64,000 bases of DNA from Methanomicrobiales archaeon (lineage in GTDB: Archaea; Halobacteriota; Methanomicrobia; Methanomicrobiales; JACTUA01). Of the stretch, positions 50,571-61,106 are shown in pieces. The translations under genes were made by a program, and so were the position numbers. The stretch's first letter is position 1. Each line of letters starts with the position of its first letter. Location of the stretch: NCBI GenBank assembly GCA_015660865.1, contig JACTUA010000006.1, forward strand, positions 87,777 through 151,776. Reading direction: 5' to 3'. The notes beneath the pieces are model-generated. The model saw nothing but the letters and a program-made list of their open reading frames with translations. It ran no database searches and was not told the DNA's origin.

Positions 50571-53375
50571 ATGATCGTCGCCGAGAAGAACATCTCGGCG
50601 GAGAGGATCGCGCATATCCTCGCAGGGAAGGGGAAGGTCGCGACCAGGAGAGAGACCGGGATCTCCACCTACTCTTTCGACGACACCGTGGTCGTGGGCC
50701 TGAAGGGGCACGTGGTGGAGGTGGACTTCGTCCCTGGCTATGACGACTGGAGGAGCGAGGAGCACACCCCCCGGTCCCTCATCGATGCAGGAACCCGGAA
50801 GATCCCCACCGAGAAGAAGATCATCGCCACCCTCCAGCGGCTGGCAAAGAAGGCCCGGGAGGTCATCATCGCCACCGACTTCGATACCGAGGGAGAGCTC
50901 ATCGGCAAGGAGGCCGTGGACCTGATCAGGGAGGTGAACCACCAGGTTCCGGTGAAGAGGGCCAGGTTCTCTGCCATCACCCCCCAGGAGATCCACGGGG
51001 CATTCTCTGACCTGAAGGAGCTCGACGTCGCGCTCGCCGCGGCAGGCGAGGCCCGCCAGGTGATCGACCTCGTCTGGGGTGCGTCCCTGACAAGGTTCAT
51101 CTCCATCGCCGCACGCCGCGGGGGCAAGAACATCCTCTCGGTGGGAAGGGTCCAGTCCCCGACCCTTGCCATGATCGTGGACAGGGAGAAGGAGATCGAG
51201 GCATTCGTCCCCGAGAAGTACTGGACCCTGGAGGTGACTTCCGAGAAGGCAGGTGAGGCGTTCACTGCCCGGCATACGACGGCAAGGTTCACAGACGAGG
51301 AAGCGGCGGAGGCCGCACGGGACAGGACACGCCCGCCCCTCGTCGTCCTCGATGTGAAGGAGGGGGAGAAGGTGGACCGGCCCCCTGCCCCCTTCGACAC
51401 CACCGGGTTCATCGTGGCCGCCGGGAGGCTCGGGTACTCGGCGTCGAACGCGATGCGTATCGCCGAGGACCTCTACATGCACGGTTTCATCTCCTACCCG
51501 AGGACCGACAACACCGTGTACCCGAAGAGCCTCTCCCTCGAGTCCATCCTCGCGGTGCTCCAGGGATCCCCGTTCGGGAGAGAAGCAGCGTGGGTGAGGG
51601 AGAACCGCCGGAAGGAGCCGACCCGGGGGAAGAAGGTCTCCACCGACCACCCCCCGATCCATCCCACCGGGTCCGCGACCCGGGAGCTGCTCAGCGAGGA
51701 GCGGTGGAGGGTCTACGAACTGGTGGTCCGGCGGTTCCTCGCGACCCTCTCGCCGGACGCTGTCTGGAAGACCGTGCGGTGCACCCTTGAGGCAGGCGGT
51801 GAACCCTACGTGGCGAACGGCGCGCGGCTCGTCAGCCCCGGCTGGCGGAAGGTCTACACCTACCAGGAAGCCGAGGACCACGTCCTCCCTCCGCTTACGG
51901 TGGGAGACCGCCTGCCCGTGAACGAGGTGCTCCTCCAGGAGAAGGAGACCCAGCCCCCGTCCCGCTACACCCAGTCGAAGCTCATCCAGCGGATGGAGGA
52001 GCTCGGCCTCGGGACGAAGAGCACCCGGCACGAGGTGATCGCAAAGCTCATGGGGCGGCGCTATGTGGAGGGGAACCCGCTCAGGCCCACCCCCGTTGGG
52101 AGGGGGGTCATCGAGTCCCTCGAGGACCATGCCGATGCCATCACCAAGCCCGAGATGACCCGGACCCTCGAGGCCGATATGCAGGAGATCAAGGTCCGGA
52201 ACCGGACCCGGGACTTCGTCATCGGCGAGTCCAGGGAGATGCTCCATAAGGTCTTCGACGCGCTGGAGGTCCACGGGGAGGAGATCGGGAGGGAGATCAT
52301 GGAACGGGCCGACGAGGAGAGGGTCATCGGGCCCTGCCCGGCCTGCGGTGCTGACCTCAGGATCCGGACCGGCGGCCAGAGCCAGTTCATCGGGTGCAGC
52401 CGCTATCCCGAATGCACATTTAACATCAACCTCCCTTCAGCACAGTGGGGGAAGGCAATAAAAACCGAGACATGCTGCCCGGACCATAACCTGAGGCACA
52501 TCCGCCTTATCAGGAAGGGAGCCCGGCCGTGGGACATCGGCTGCCCCTTCTGCTCCCACATCAAGGCGAGCGAGGAGTCCATGGGCCTCATACGGTCGAT
52601 AACCCCGGAGATCATGAAGCGGCTCCGGGACCACCACATCTACACGGTATTCGAATTAGCCGAACGGGAGCCGGAGAGCCTTGCCGGTATCCTGGGGGTT
52701 CCCGTTCAGGACGCGCAGCGTCTCCTTGCAGGGGCAGGGGATGCCCTTGCCCTCCTCCGCAGGAGATCCGAGCTCCGCAGGTTCTTGAGAGCCCACCTCC
52801 CGCCCAGGAAGGGCCGGAGCCGGGCAGAGCTGATGAAGCGCCTGGCAGAGCTGGGGGTAGAGGACCTCCCCTCCATCTCCCGGGCTGATGCCGCGACCCT
52901 GGAGAAGGCCGGTATCGGGCCAAAGGAATCGGCAGCCCTCCTCACCGAGGCCCGGTCCACCATGGACACCCGGATCCTCCGTGATGCCGGGATCCCCGCC
53001 GCGAGCCTGAAGCGGTACCAGGAGGCCGGGTTCGCACGGCCCGAGGACTTCTGCTTCCTCCACCCCGTCTTTCTCGCAGATAAAACCGGCCTGTCCCTGG
53101 AGACGGTGTACCGGCACGTGACCCAGGTCTGCGAGGCCATGGGTGCACGGGTGCCGGAGAAGGTCCAGAGGGCCCGGGTCGAGAAGGGGCGGCAGGAGCT
53201 CATGGCCCTCCCGGGTCTCGGGGAGGCGACCCTTGAGAAGCTCCACCGCGCCGGGATACTTGACCGCGACAGCCTCTCTGTCGCCGACCCGGACCAGCTC
53301 GCAAAGAAGACCGGTATCCCCGCCGGGGACATCCGCCGGTTCGTGGGCCACTTCGCGAAGAAAGGAAAGAGATAA
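50571..53375 (+). CDS. topA: DNA topoisomerase I (type IA) with Zn ribbons and a C-terminal helix-hairpin-helix repeat tail
   Basis: Toprim domain (IATDFDTEGELIG) and active-site region ISYPRTDN. Zn ribbons are CPACG...CSRYPEC and C...CPFC. About four HhH-like repeats follow in the last ~290 aa. GTG 50565 is an alternative start. Confidence 0.95.
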   Translation: MIVAEKNISAERIAHILAGKGKVATRRETGISTYSFDDTVVVGLKGHVVEVDFVPGYDDWRSEEHTPRSLIDAGTRKIPTEKKIIATLQRLAKKAREVIIATDFDTEGELIGKEAVDLIREVNHQVPVKRARFSAITPQEIHGAFSDLKELDVALAAAGEARQVIDLVWGASLTRFISIAARRGGKNILSVGRVQSPTLAMIVDREKEIEAFVPEKYWTLEVTSEKAGEAFTARHTTARFTDEEAAEAARDRTRPPLVVLDVKEGEKVDRPPAPFDTTGFIVAAGRLGYSASNAMRIAEDLYMHGFISYPRTDNTVYPKSLSLESILAVLQGSPFGREAAWVRENRRKEPTRGKKVSTDHPPIHPTGSATRELLSEERWRVYELVVRRFLATLSPDAVWKTVRCTLEAGGEPYVANGARLVSPGWRKVYTYQEAEDHVLPPLTVGDRLPVNEVLLQEKETQPPSRYTQSKLIQRMEELGLGTKSTRHEVIAKLMGRRYVEGNPLRPTPVGRGVIESLEDHADAITKPEMTRTLEADMQEIKVRNRTRDFVIGESREMLHKVFDALEVHGEEIGREIMERADEERVIGPCPACGADLRIRTGGQSQFIGCSRYPECTFNINLPSAQWGKAIKTETCCPDHNLRHIRLIRKGARPWDIGCPFCSHIKASEESMGLIRSITPEIMKRLRDHHIYTVFELAEREPESLAGILGVPVQDAQRLLAGAGDALALLRRRSELRRFLRAHLPPRKGRSRAELMKRLAELGVEDLPSISRADAATLEKAGIGPKESAALLTEARSTMDTRILRDAGIPAASLKRYQEAGFARPEDFCFLHPVFLADKTGLSLETVYRHVTQVCEAMGARVPEKVQRARVEKGRQELMALPGLGEATLEKLHRAGILDRDSLSVADPDQLAKKTGIPAGDIRRFVGHFAKKGKR

Positions 53376-53404
53376 CCCTCCCCAGGAGAACCTACTGAAG
53401 AAGC

Positions 53405-54091
53405 ATGCAGCCTCCCTGGAGATCCTGGGTCCATGTGACCAAGCTCGACCCCGACCGGCCCTTCACCCCCGAACTGGTGGAAGGGGTCGTGAAGAGTGGC
53501 ACAGATGCTCTCATGCTCTCTGGTACCCTGAACGTCACCCAGGAGAACCTGAGCCGGCTTCTCTCGACGGTGAAGGACCACGGCCTCCCCCTTGTCGTCG
53601 AGCCGGCGGGTCCGGAGGCGGTCCGGTTCGAGGGGATCGACCTCCTCTTCGTCCCCTCGGTGCTGAACAGCAGGGATACGCAATGGATCGTCGGGAAGCA
53701 CCATGACTGGGTGATGAAGCAGCAGGTGCGGTGGGAGAAGGTCGTCCCCGAGGCGTACATCGTCCTCAACCCGGACTCCGCGGTGGGGAAGGTCACCCGT
53801 GCGGACTGCGGGATAGGCCCCAGAGAGGTGGCGGCCTATGCCATCTGCGCCGAGCGGTACTTCCGATTCCCCATCATCTACATCGAGTACAGCGGCATGT
53901 ATGGCAACCCCTCGGTGGTGAAGGCCTGCTCGGAGGCCCTCCAGGACGCCATCCTCTACTACGGCGGCGGGATCGACTCGGGGAAACGGGCCGCCGAGAT
54001 GGCGCAGTACGCCGATACTATCGTCGTGGGAAACGCGGTGTACGATCGCGGGATCGGCGTGCTGAAAGAGACCGTGGACGCCGTCCAGTAA
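53405..54091 (+). CDS. Geranylgeranylglyceryl phosphate synthase
   Basis: 228 aa with HVTKLDPD, a TIM-barrel PcrB/GGGPS pattern, YIEYSG and YYGGGIDS...VVGNAVY. Confidence 0.85.
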   Translation: MQPPWRSWVHVTKLDPDRPFTPELVEGVVKSGTDALMLSGTLNVTQENLSRLLSTVKDHGLPLVVEPAGPEAVRFEGIDLLFVPSVLNSRDTQWIVGKHHDWVMKQQVRWEKVVPEAYIVLNPDSAVGKVTRADCGIGPREVAAYAICAERYFRFPIIYIEYSGMYGNPSVVKACSEALQDAILYYGGGIDSGKRAAEMAQYADTIVVGNAVYDRGIGVLKETVDAVQ

Positions 54092-54109
54092 CCTGCCGGC
54101 GGCATCCTG

Positions 54110-54835
54110 ATGCCCGAGATCGCAATCGTCCTCGTCGAGCCCCTCCACGAGGGAAACGTGGGCTTCGCCGCCCGGGTGATGAAGAACTTCGGGTTCTCCG
54201 ACCTCGTCCTCGTGGACCCCTGTCCTCTGGGAGACCTTGCCCTGGCATGCGCCATGCATGCCTCGGACGTGCTGGAGAATGCGCGAAACCTGACCATGGA
54301 GGAGGTGTTCTCCGAATACCAGCTCATCGTCGCAGCTACCGGCGCGTACTCCAAGTCCGTATGCCGATCAACGCGGATGCCCTACTACTCCCCCAGGGAG
54401 ATCAGGGAACAGATCCGGACTGTCGATGGCAGGGTTGCCATCCTCTTCGGCCGGGAGAACAGGGGGCTCTCCAACGAGGAAGTCAGGAGGTGTGACCTCA
54501 TCTGCACCATCCCCGCATCTCCTGACTATCCTATCCTGAATATCTCCCATGCCGTGGGGATCGTCTGCTACGAACTCGCGGATCTTCCCCGTGGGCTCTA
54601 CCAGCTCGCGGAACGCGAGGAGATGGAACGCCTCTACGAGCACCTCGATACGTTCCTGGACCGGATCGATCACCCCGATTTCAAGCGGAGGAATACCCTC
54701 CTCATGGCCAGGAGGATCCTGGGGAGGACGCGCCTCACCACCCGGGAGGTCTCCACCATTCACGGGATACTCAGAAGGGCGGAGTGGCATATGGAGGAGG
54801 AGAATCCGGAGGAGAAGAAGGGGGTGGAGGAGTAA
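54110..54835 (+). CDS. SpoU/TrmJ-type RNA 2'-O-methyltransferase
   Basis: 241 aa with VLVEPLHEGNVGFAARVMKNFG, FGRENRGLSNEE and LNISHAVGIVCYEL, the SPOUT class motifs. Confidence 0.8.
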   Translation: MPEIAIVLVEPLHEGNVGFAARVMKNFGFSDLVLVDPCPLGDLALACAMHASDVLENARNLTMEEVFSEYQLIVAATGAYSKSVCRSTRMPYYSPREIREQIRTVDGRVAILFGRENRGLSNEEVRRCDLICTIPASPDYPILNISHAVGIVCYELADLPRGLYQLAEREEMERLYEHLDTFLDRIDHPDFKRRNTLLMARRILGRTRLTTREVSTIHGILRRAEWHMEEENPEEKKGVEE

Positions 54836-54838
54836 ATA

Positions 54839-54845
54839 TTTTTTT
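54839..54845 (+). terminator. Oligo-T tract after the SpoU-family gene
   Basis: A ttttttt run lies 4 nt after TAA 54833-54835. Archaeal intrinsic termination typically uses oligo-T runs. Confidence 0.5.
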
Positions 54846-54880
54846 ATTCCTTTAGAAGAGGATCTTAAGGATTCCACAAC

Positions 54881-55093
54881 GCTCCTGGGGGACTCGCTCT
54901 GCTCGCCCCCGCCGCTGCGGCGTCCCCCGCGTGGGGATAGGCCTGTCCGGGAGCCTGGCAGTTCCTAGTGGGATCTCGAAAACCTCGTGCACAAACCCCA
55001 TACTCCGGGGGATGCCCGTGCGGCGGGGTGGCGTAGCCTCGCAACTTCGTCGCTCGAGGTCGGTTTTTTACGAAACCTCCCTCCCCCAAGAGC
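54881..55093. mobile_element. 213-bp MITE-like element (copy E2) carrying an embedded 45-bp-module homolog
   Basis: The termini gctcctggggga...tcccccaagagc form an inverted pair. The internal blocks gcccccgccgctgcggcgtccccc and gggggatgcccgtgcggcgggg are also inverted. Positions 55031-55079 are the reverse complement of a homolog of the 1104-1193 unit. Confidence 0.55.
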
Positions 55094-55229
55094 ACACCAT
55101 GACGAGGATTAGGGGAATGGAATGACGTTTCTCGCTCTTGTGTGAACCTTAAGAAGTATCTGGTGCACAAGTATGTGGAATGCCGTGCTCATCCCATTTC
55201 AGACCATATAGAGGGGGGGTCGATCCCTC

Positions 55230-55784
55230 GTGATTCTCGTCGACTGGCAGATCCGCGAGGCCATATCATCAGGCCACATCGGTGTGAAACCGTACGATCA
55301 GAAGTTCGTCCAGCCCAACTCCCTGGACATCCGCCTCGGGGACCACTTCGTCTGGTACGAGGAAGGAGACGAGGTCATCGACCCGTACGACCGGAAGAGC
55401 ATCACCGCGAGGGTGGGTGAGATCCATGCGGAGTCCTTCGTCATCGGGCCGGGCCGCTTCATCCTCGCAGAGACCCTGGAGGAGATCACACTCCCCGACG
55501 ATATTGTCGCCTCCATCGAGGGGAAGTCCTCCATCGCCCGCCTCGGGATTGAGCTCCACCAGACCGGGGGGTGGATCGACGCGGGCTTCTCGGGGACCAT
55601 CACCCTTGAGATGTGCAACGTGAACCAGCGGCCGGTCCGCGTGTACGCCGCGATGCCAATCGGACAGCTCGTATTCTACACCACCGAACATGCCGAGGAG
55701 CCTTACAATATCAGGAAGGCTGCCAAGTACCTCCACCAGCACCAGGCGACCCTCTCCCGGTACCACGAGAACCCGAAGCGGTGA
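55230..55784 (+). CDS. dcd: dCTP deaminase family (possibly bifunctional dCTP deaminase/dUTPase)
   Basis: 184 aa with [31 protein letters not shown] and a conserved tail. The start is GTG. Confidence 0.9.
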   Translation: MILVDWQIREAISSGHIGVKPYDQKFVQPNSLDIRLGDHFVWYEEGDEVIDPYDRKSITARVGEIHAESFVIGPGRFILAETLEEITLPDDIVASIEGKSSIARLGIELHQTGGWIDAGFSGTITLEMCNVNQRPVRVYAAMPIGQLVFYTTEHAEEPYNIRKAAKYLHQHQATLSRYHENPKR

Positions 55785-55937
55785 CCGGCTCCGCCGTCAC
55801 TCTTCAGGTTCCGCGGGAACTCGAAGGAGTGACCCGGCCCCAGCCGACACTCATTCGGTTCCATGGAACCCGAAGGGGTGATATATAAGCCGGCAGCGCG
55901 AACACTGGTAGCATTCCAGTGAAAAGGGAGCCAGAAG

Positions 55938-57773
55938 ATGCGCCTTCTCCTCATCCATTCCGATCACATCGATTACGAGGCAAAGAAACCCACCTCCATG
56001 GCCGAGGACAGGGAGATCCTCAAGGACTCCATGGACGAGGCCCTCGTCGCCTTCTGTGCCGTTGAAGCGGCCGACGAGGATGACATGGGGGACGTGGTGG
56101 CACGGGCGATCGCGGATATCGCGAAGACCGCGTCCCAGCTCGACGTGGCAAGGGTCATGGTCTATCCCTACGCCCACCTCGCGAGCGACCTCGCCACGCC
56201 GGCCGCTGCGGTCGGGGCCCTCGAAGCACTCCGCGAGGGCCTGGCGGGGCTGGGCCTCGAGGTGAAGAGGGCCCCCTTCGGGTGGTACAAGGCCTTCACC
56301 CTCACCTGCAAGGGCCACCCCCTCTCCGAGCTCTCCCGTTCCATCGTCCCCGGCGGCGAGAGGGAGGAAGCGGCCCCCGAGAAGAAGACGGTTGAGCACG
56401 AGTGGTTCGTCCTAACCCCCGAGGGGAAGCGCAAGGATGTCCAGGAGTTCATGGACGACTCCCCCTTCGGGTGCCTGGTGAAGAAGGAGCTCGGGGTCCC
56501 TGTCGCTGCGGCCGGCGAGCCCCCCCACGTGGAACTGATGCGCTCCAAGGAGCTCGTCGATTACGAGCCCGCAAGCGACGTCGGGCACCTGAGGTGGATG
56601 CCGAAAGGGAAGCTCCTTCGCGATCTCATCGCCGATTACGTCCTCTCCCTGGTCCTCCCCTACGGCGCCATGCCCGTCGAGACGCCGGTTATGTACGACC
56701 TGGACAACAAGGCCATCTGCGAGCATGCCGCCAAGTTCGGGGAGCGGCAGTACCGGTTCAGGAGCGGCAACCGGTCCATGATGCTCCGGTTCGCCGCCTG
56801 CTTCGGCATGTTCTCCTTCATGAGCGGGATGCACATCTCACCGAACACCCTCCCGATGAAGATGTACGAGCTCTCCACCTACTCCTTCCGGCACGAACAG
56901 AAGGGGGAGGTCATCGGGTTAAAGCGCCTCCGGGCATTCACCATGCCCGACATGCACACCCTCTGCACCGACATGGACGAGGCCCTCCGCTGCTTCGAGG
57001 AGCAGCTCGTGATGGGACAGAAGAGCGGGACCGACCTCGCGGTGAGGTATTACTCGGCCTTCAGGTGCACCCGGGACTTCTACCAGGAGCACGAGGGGTG
57101 GGTGAAGAAGGTCGTTGGCATCATCGGCGAGCCCTGCCTGATCGAGATCCTCTCCGAGCGGGTCCACTACTGGGTGGCGAAGATCGACCTCGCGGCCATC
57201 GACGCCCAGGGGCGGCCCATCGAGAACCCGACGGTCCAGATCGATGTCGAGTCCTCCACCCGGTTCGGGATCCGGTACCATTTGGATGGAAAGGAGGTCC
57301 ATCCGCCGATCCTCCATTGTTCACCCACCGGCTCGGTGGAGCGGGTCATCTGCGCCATGCTTGAGACTATGGCAGGCGAGGAGGTCCCCCAGTTCCCGAC
57401 CTGGCTCTCGGCAACCCAGGTCCGGGTCATCCCTGTCGCGGATCGCCACCAGGACTCGGCAAAAGCCCTCTGCACACGACTGAACGAGCAGGGGATCAGG
57501 GCCGACATGGACGACCGTGAGGAGAGCATGAACAAGAAGGTCCGGGCGGCCGGGATGGAGTGGGTGCCCTATATTGTTGTGATCGGGGACCAGGAGATCA
57601 CGAGCGGGGATCTCACCGTCACCATCCGGCGCCTCTCTACACCCGAGAAGCTCCACCGCGAGAAGATGAAGGAGGCGGCCCTCATTGCCGCAGTCAGGGA
57701 AGAGACAGCCGGAAAGCCCTTCCGGCCCCTCTACACCTCCCGCCTCCTCTCGGTGAGACCTAGGTTCGTCTGA
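55938..57773 (+). CDS. thrS: Threonyl-tRNA synthetase, archaeal type with N-terminal editing domain
   Basis: 611 aa. [18 protein letters not shown] is the archaeal ThrRS editing domain start. Class II motifs ([22 protein letters not shown]) and a C-terminal anticodon-binding domain are present. Confidence 0.95.
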   Translation: MRLLLIHSDHIDYEAKKPTSMAEDREILKDSMDEALVAFCAVEAADEDDMGDVVARAIADIAKTASQLDVARVMVYPYAHLASDLATPAAAVGALEALREGLAGLGLEVKRAPFGWYKAFTLTCKGHPLSELSRSIVPGGEREEAAPEKKTVEHEWFVLTPEGKRKDVQEFMDDSPFGCLVKKELGVPVAAAGEPPHVELMRSKELVDYEPASDVGHLRWMPKGKLLRDLIADYVLSLVLPYGAMPVETPVMYDLDNKAICEHAAKFGERQYRFRSGNRSMMLRFAACFGMFSFMSGMHISPNTLPMKMYELSTYSFRHEQKGEVIGLKRLRAFTMPDMHTLCTDMDEALRCFEEQLVMGQKSGTDLAVRYYSAFRCTRDFYQEHEGWVKKVVGIIGEPCLIEILSERVHYWVAKIDLAAIDAQGRPIENPTVQIDVESSTRFGIRYHLDGKEVHPPILHCSPTGSVERVICAMLETMAGEEVPQFPTWLSATQVRVIPVADRHQDSAKALCTRLNEQGIRADMDDREESMNKKVRAAGMEWVPYIVVIGDQEITSGDLTVTIRRLSTPEKLHREKMKEAALIAAVREETAGKPFRPLYTSRLLSVRPRFV

Positions 57774-57848
57774 ATCCGAAGCCTCCGGACGGGAAGATCC
57801 CCTCATCTCCGAAGGGCGGGAGAGGCTCCCCGGTGGGAGTGGTCGGCC

Positions 57849-59156
57849 ATGGGTGCGAAGATACCCCTCAAACGTGAACTCGGGCTCTTCGAGGTGACCC
57901 TCTCGGGGATCGGGATCATCATCGGGGCGGGGATCTACGCCCTCATCGGGAGAGGGGCCGGCCTCGCGGGGAATGCCCTCTGGCTCTCCTTTGCCATCTC
58001 TGCCGCGATCGCGATCTTTACGGGCCTCTCGTACGCCGAGCTCTCCGCCATGTTCCCCAGGGCAGGGGCCGAGTACGAGTACGTGAAAGGCTCCCTTGGG
58101 AGGCGGCCGGCTTTTGTCATCGGCTGGCTCATCATCCTCTCGGGGGTCATCGGGGCCTCCACGGTCGCCCTTGGTTTCGCGGGCTATGCCTCGGCCCTCT
58201 CGGGGATCGACCGTGCGGTCCTCTCTCTAGGCCTCATCATCGGCCTCACCCTCCTTCTCACGAGGGGAATCAAGCTATCGGCCCTCTTTGCCATCCTCTT
58301 CACCCTCATTGAGGTGGCGGGGCTCGTCCTCATCATCCTCATCGGGATCCCCTCCTATGGCAGGGTGGATTACCTGGAGATGCCTCTTGGCCTGTCAGGG
58401 GTTCTCACCGCCGCATCCCTCGTCTTCTTCGCGTACATCGGGTTCGAGGGCGTGGTGAAGCTCGCCGAGGAGACAAGGGAACCGGAGAGGAACATCCCAA
58501 GGGGCCTCCTTGCGGCGATGGCCGTCTCCATCGTCCTCTACATTCTCGTCTCGATCTCAGCGGTCTCGGTGATCGGCTGGGAGGCCCTGGCCGCCTCGGA
58601 AGCCCCCTTTGCCGCCGTCGCGGGCCGGGCCCTCGGGGGCGGCGCATCCCTCCTCCTCTCGGCGATAGCCCTCTTCGCCACGGCGAACACGGTCCTCCTT
58701 ATGCTCCTTGCCTCCTCGAGGATCAGCTATGGGATGGCGGATGCAGGGCACCTCCCCGCCATCCTCGGGTACGTGCACGAGACACAGGGAACACCCGTCT
58801 GGGCCACCCTCGTCATCGGGGCAGGTGCCTGCATCTTCACCCTCTTCGGGGACATCGGCTTTGCAGCCGAACTCACGAACTTCACCCTCTTCCTCACCTT
58901 CTTGGTGATCAATGCCTCGGTGATCCTCCTCAGGATCAGGCATCCCTGCGTCCATCGCCCCTTCAGGGTGCCGGGCTCCCTCCGGGGAATCCCCCTCCTC
59001 CCTGTCGCAGGAGTGGCCGCATCGGTGGCCCTTCTCACCAGGCTCGACCCGGTGGTCATCGGGCTCGGAATGGCCCTCGTCGTGATCGGATCCGGATATG
59101 CCATCCTGAAGGTCCCGGCGAAGAATGGGAAGGACGACGACCGGGCGAGCAGCTGA
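57849..59156 (+). CDS. APC-superfamily amino acid permease
   Basis: 435 aa with about 12 TM segments. The N-terminal motif GIGIIIGAGIYALIG and the sequence FAYIGFE are present. Confidence 0.85.
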   Translation: MGAKIPLKRELGLFEVTLSGIGIIIGAGIYALIGRGAGLAGNALWLSFAISAAIAIFTGLSYAELSAMFPRAGAEYEYVKGSLGRRPAFVIGWLIILSGVIGASTVALGFAGYASALSGIDRAVLSLGLIIGLTLLLTRGIKLSALFAILFTLIEVAGLVLIILIGIPSYGRVDYLEMPLGLSGVLTAASLVFFAYIGFEGVVKLAEETREPERNIPRGLLAAMAVSIVLYILVSISAVSVIGWEALAASEAPFAAVAGRALGGGASLLLSAIALFATANTVLLMLLASSRISYGMADAGHLPAILGYVHETQGTPVWATLVIGAGACIFTLFGDIGFAAELTNFTLFLTFLVINASVILLRIRHPCVHRPFRVPGSLRGIPLLPVAGVAASVALLTRLDPVVIGLGMALVVIGSGYAILKVPAKNGKDDDRASS

Positions 59157-59303
59157 TCCCATCCCGCCCCCGCGGACAGGGATCGCCTTTCAAGTTCCAG
59201 GACTGGTGCATCTGGAGTGTTCCCCGTCCCACCCTTCGTTCGAATCTCACCACCGGCTGTATAGAAAACCTTAACACAATCGGGAAGAAGAGTTTTTACA
59301 CCG

Positions 59304-60800
59304 ATGCCTGCCCGTTTTTTGGACCGTTTCCTCAAGCCCAAACCCCATATTGTCGAGAGTCCCCGCCCCCCCTCCATCGCCCACGGGGCAGGGATGAACA
59401 TCCCCGAGTACCGGGTCAAGCCCTACTTCATCTGCGCCTCGGTGGAGATGGGGAATACCACGACCAAGTGCATCCTCACGGGAACGAACCTCGAAACGGG
59501 CTTCGCCTATATCATCAACAAGACGGTGCGGATGAGCAGGGACATACGGAAGCCGAAGCCCGGAGAGGAGATCTTCGGCGAGACCATTGACGGGACCCAG
59601 ATCACCCGCCAGTCGGTGACCGAGCTCGTCCGGGACATCATCATCGAGTGCCATCGGGAGGTCCACCTGGACATCAGCTGCGACCTCGACTTCGTGGTCA
59701 GGTCGACGGGCGTCGTGGCGGAGATGGAGTCCCCCGACCAGGTGGGGGATTTCGTCATCGCCCTTGCAAACGGCTGCCTGATCGCCGGTGTCCCCCCCCG
59801 GAAGATGACACCCCCGATGGCGAAGGAGAACCTCTCCCCCAAGCTCCAGCCGTTCAGCTTCACCGACAAGGTGGTCTTTGTCGGGGCGGTTGCCGGAGTG
59901 CTGCCGCCTCTCGGGTCCACGGGGGTGGAAATGGTGGCAAACGAGATGGAGGGGGAGCTCGCCATGGCCGGGATCAAGGAGGGGGCAAAGTGGACGCCGG
60001 TAGACTTCAGGAACCCCTGCATCACCATCGACTTCGGGACCACCCTCGACGGGAGGATCACGAGCGATGTCCCCCGGGATGCTGAGAACCCCTTCGCGAA
60101 GACGATCGGGAACTTCTGTGGCCTCGCGGGTGCCATCCCTGATGCCCTGGTGCGGGGGACCGGCCTCGTCGACCCGAGGACGGGCTGCGCCCTGGACGTC
60201 TTTGGCGAGGCCTCCTCCACCGGGATATTCCGGGTCAGGGAGTCCTCGGTTGTCGAGGACTACGTGGAGCGGTCCCGCAGGCATGTCGACATCCGGATGG
60301 TTCCCCCGGACCGGAGGCGCTTCGGGAGGGTGCCGGTCTATGCCGATGTCGCGGCGAAGTCCGGGGTTGCCCTCATCGGGTGCGACTGCGGGGAGAACGG
60401 GAGCGACATCCCGAAGCTCGTTGAGATCGGGGCCGAGATCTACGAGAATCACGGGCTCTCCACGATAAATGAGGTGGTGGACCGGGTCTGTGCAGAGATG
60501 GCCCTCCGGCTCGTTGACACCGCCGTGCACGAGAACCTGGTCCCGCCCAACTCATCCATCGGGTTCACCGGGCGTGCCGCCATCTCGGGGAATAAACCAT
60601 ACCTGATCGTCGACGGGATAACCGAGAGGGGGATCTACGACGATCCCATCGACCACCTGGTCTTCGTCGATGACGGCCTCGGCCGGGGGGCGGCCCTCAT
60701 GGGCCGGTGCATGTGCTCCCTGGGGAAGCCGAGGAATCCCCTCGGCGGCGTCCGGGGAGGGCCATGTATTATGAAGAGAAGGATGAAGATAGGAAAATAA
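59304..60800 (+). CDS. Putative methanogenesis marker protein 14 (ASKHA-like), tentative
   Basis: 498 aa. PYFICASVEMGNTTTKCILTGTN and ITIDFGTTLDG resemble my memory of the marker-14 family. ATG 59394 (MNIPEYRVKPYF) is an alternative start. Confidence 0.5.
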   Translation: MPARFLDRFLKPKPHIVESPRPPSIAHGAGMNIPEYRVKPYFICASVEMGNTTTKCILTGTNLETGFAYIINKTVRMSRDIRKPKPGEEIFGETIDGTQITRQSVTELVRDIIIECHREVHLDISCDLDFVVRSTGVVAEMESPDQVGDFVIALANGCLIAGVPPRKMTPPMAKENLSPKLQPFSFTDKVVFVGAVAGVLPPLGSTGVEMVANEMEGELAMAGIKEGAKWTPVDFRNPCITIDFGTTLDGRITSDVPRDAENPFAKTIGNFCGLAGAIPDALVRGTGLVDPRTGCALDVFGEASSTGIFRVRESSVVEDYVERSRRHVDIRMVPPDRRRFGRVPVYADVAAKSGVALIGCDCGENGSDIPKLVEIGAEIYENHGLSTINEVVDRVCAEMALRLVDTAVHENLVPPNSSIGFTGRAAISGNKPYLIVDGITERGIYDDPIDHLVFVDDGLGRGAALMGRCMCSLGKPRNPLGGVRGGPCIMKRRMKIGK

Positions 60801-60815
60801 CGGTTGAGGTTTGCC

Positions 60816-61100
60816 ATGGCAGAAGAGGAGCTGTTCGACGTGATCATCCCGCCCGGGATGCCGAAGACCATCATCATCGATATCATGAAGAAGTTCGATG
60901 TCCAGATCGTGGAGCGGAAGATGCCCCTCCACTTCGCGAACATGGACGGGACCGAGCGGGAGATCCTCGCCTTCCGGGGGAAGCGCGGGGTCGTGGAGGA
61001 GGTGGAGAAGTACATGAAGGCGGAGCTCACAAAGTTCATCGATGCCGGGGGGTTCATGCCGCGCCCGGAGAAGGGCTCGGAAAAGGGGACGGAGAAATAG
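60816..61100 (+). CDS. Small hypothetical protein
   Basis: 94 aa from ATG 60816 (MAEEELFDVIIPPGMPKTIIIDIMKKF...), 16 nt after the preceding stop. No motif is recognised. Confidence 0.4.
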   Translation: MAEEELFDVIIPPGMPKTIIIDIMKKFDVQIVERKMPLHFANMDGTEREILAFRGKRGVVEEVEKYMKAELTKFIDAGGFMPRPEKGSEKGTEK

Positions 61101-61106
61101 GATCCC

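Noticed and set aside
54860-55140. Could the long structured GC-rich intergenic sequence be SRP RNA or RNase P RNA?
   Set aside because: It lacks the conserved RNase P CR-I (GAGGAAAGTCC-like) or SRP helix-8 type motifs. A homologous copy also exists at 37630-37841, which indicates a repeat element rather than a unique housekeeping RNA.
59225-59265. A tRNA-like T-arm string (cgttcgaatctcacc) occurs in the intergenic region after the permease.
   Set aside because: The flanking bases do not form a T-stem, and no acceptor or anticodon arms can be drawn on either strand.
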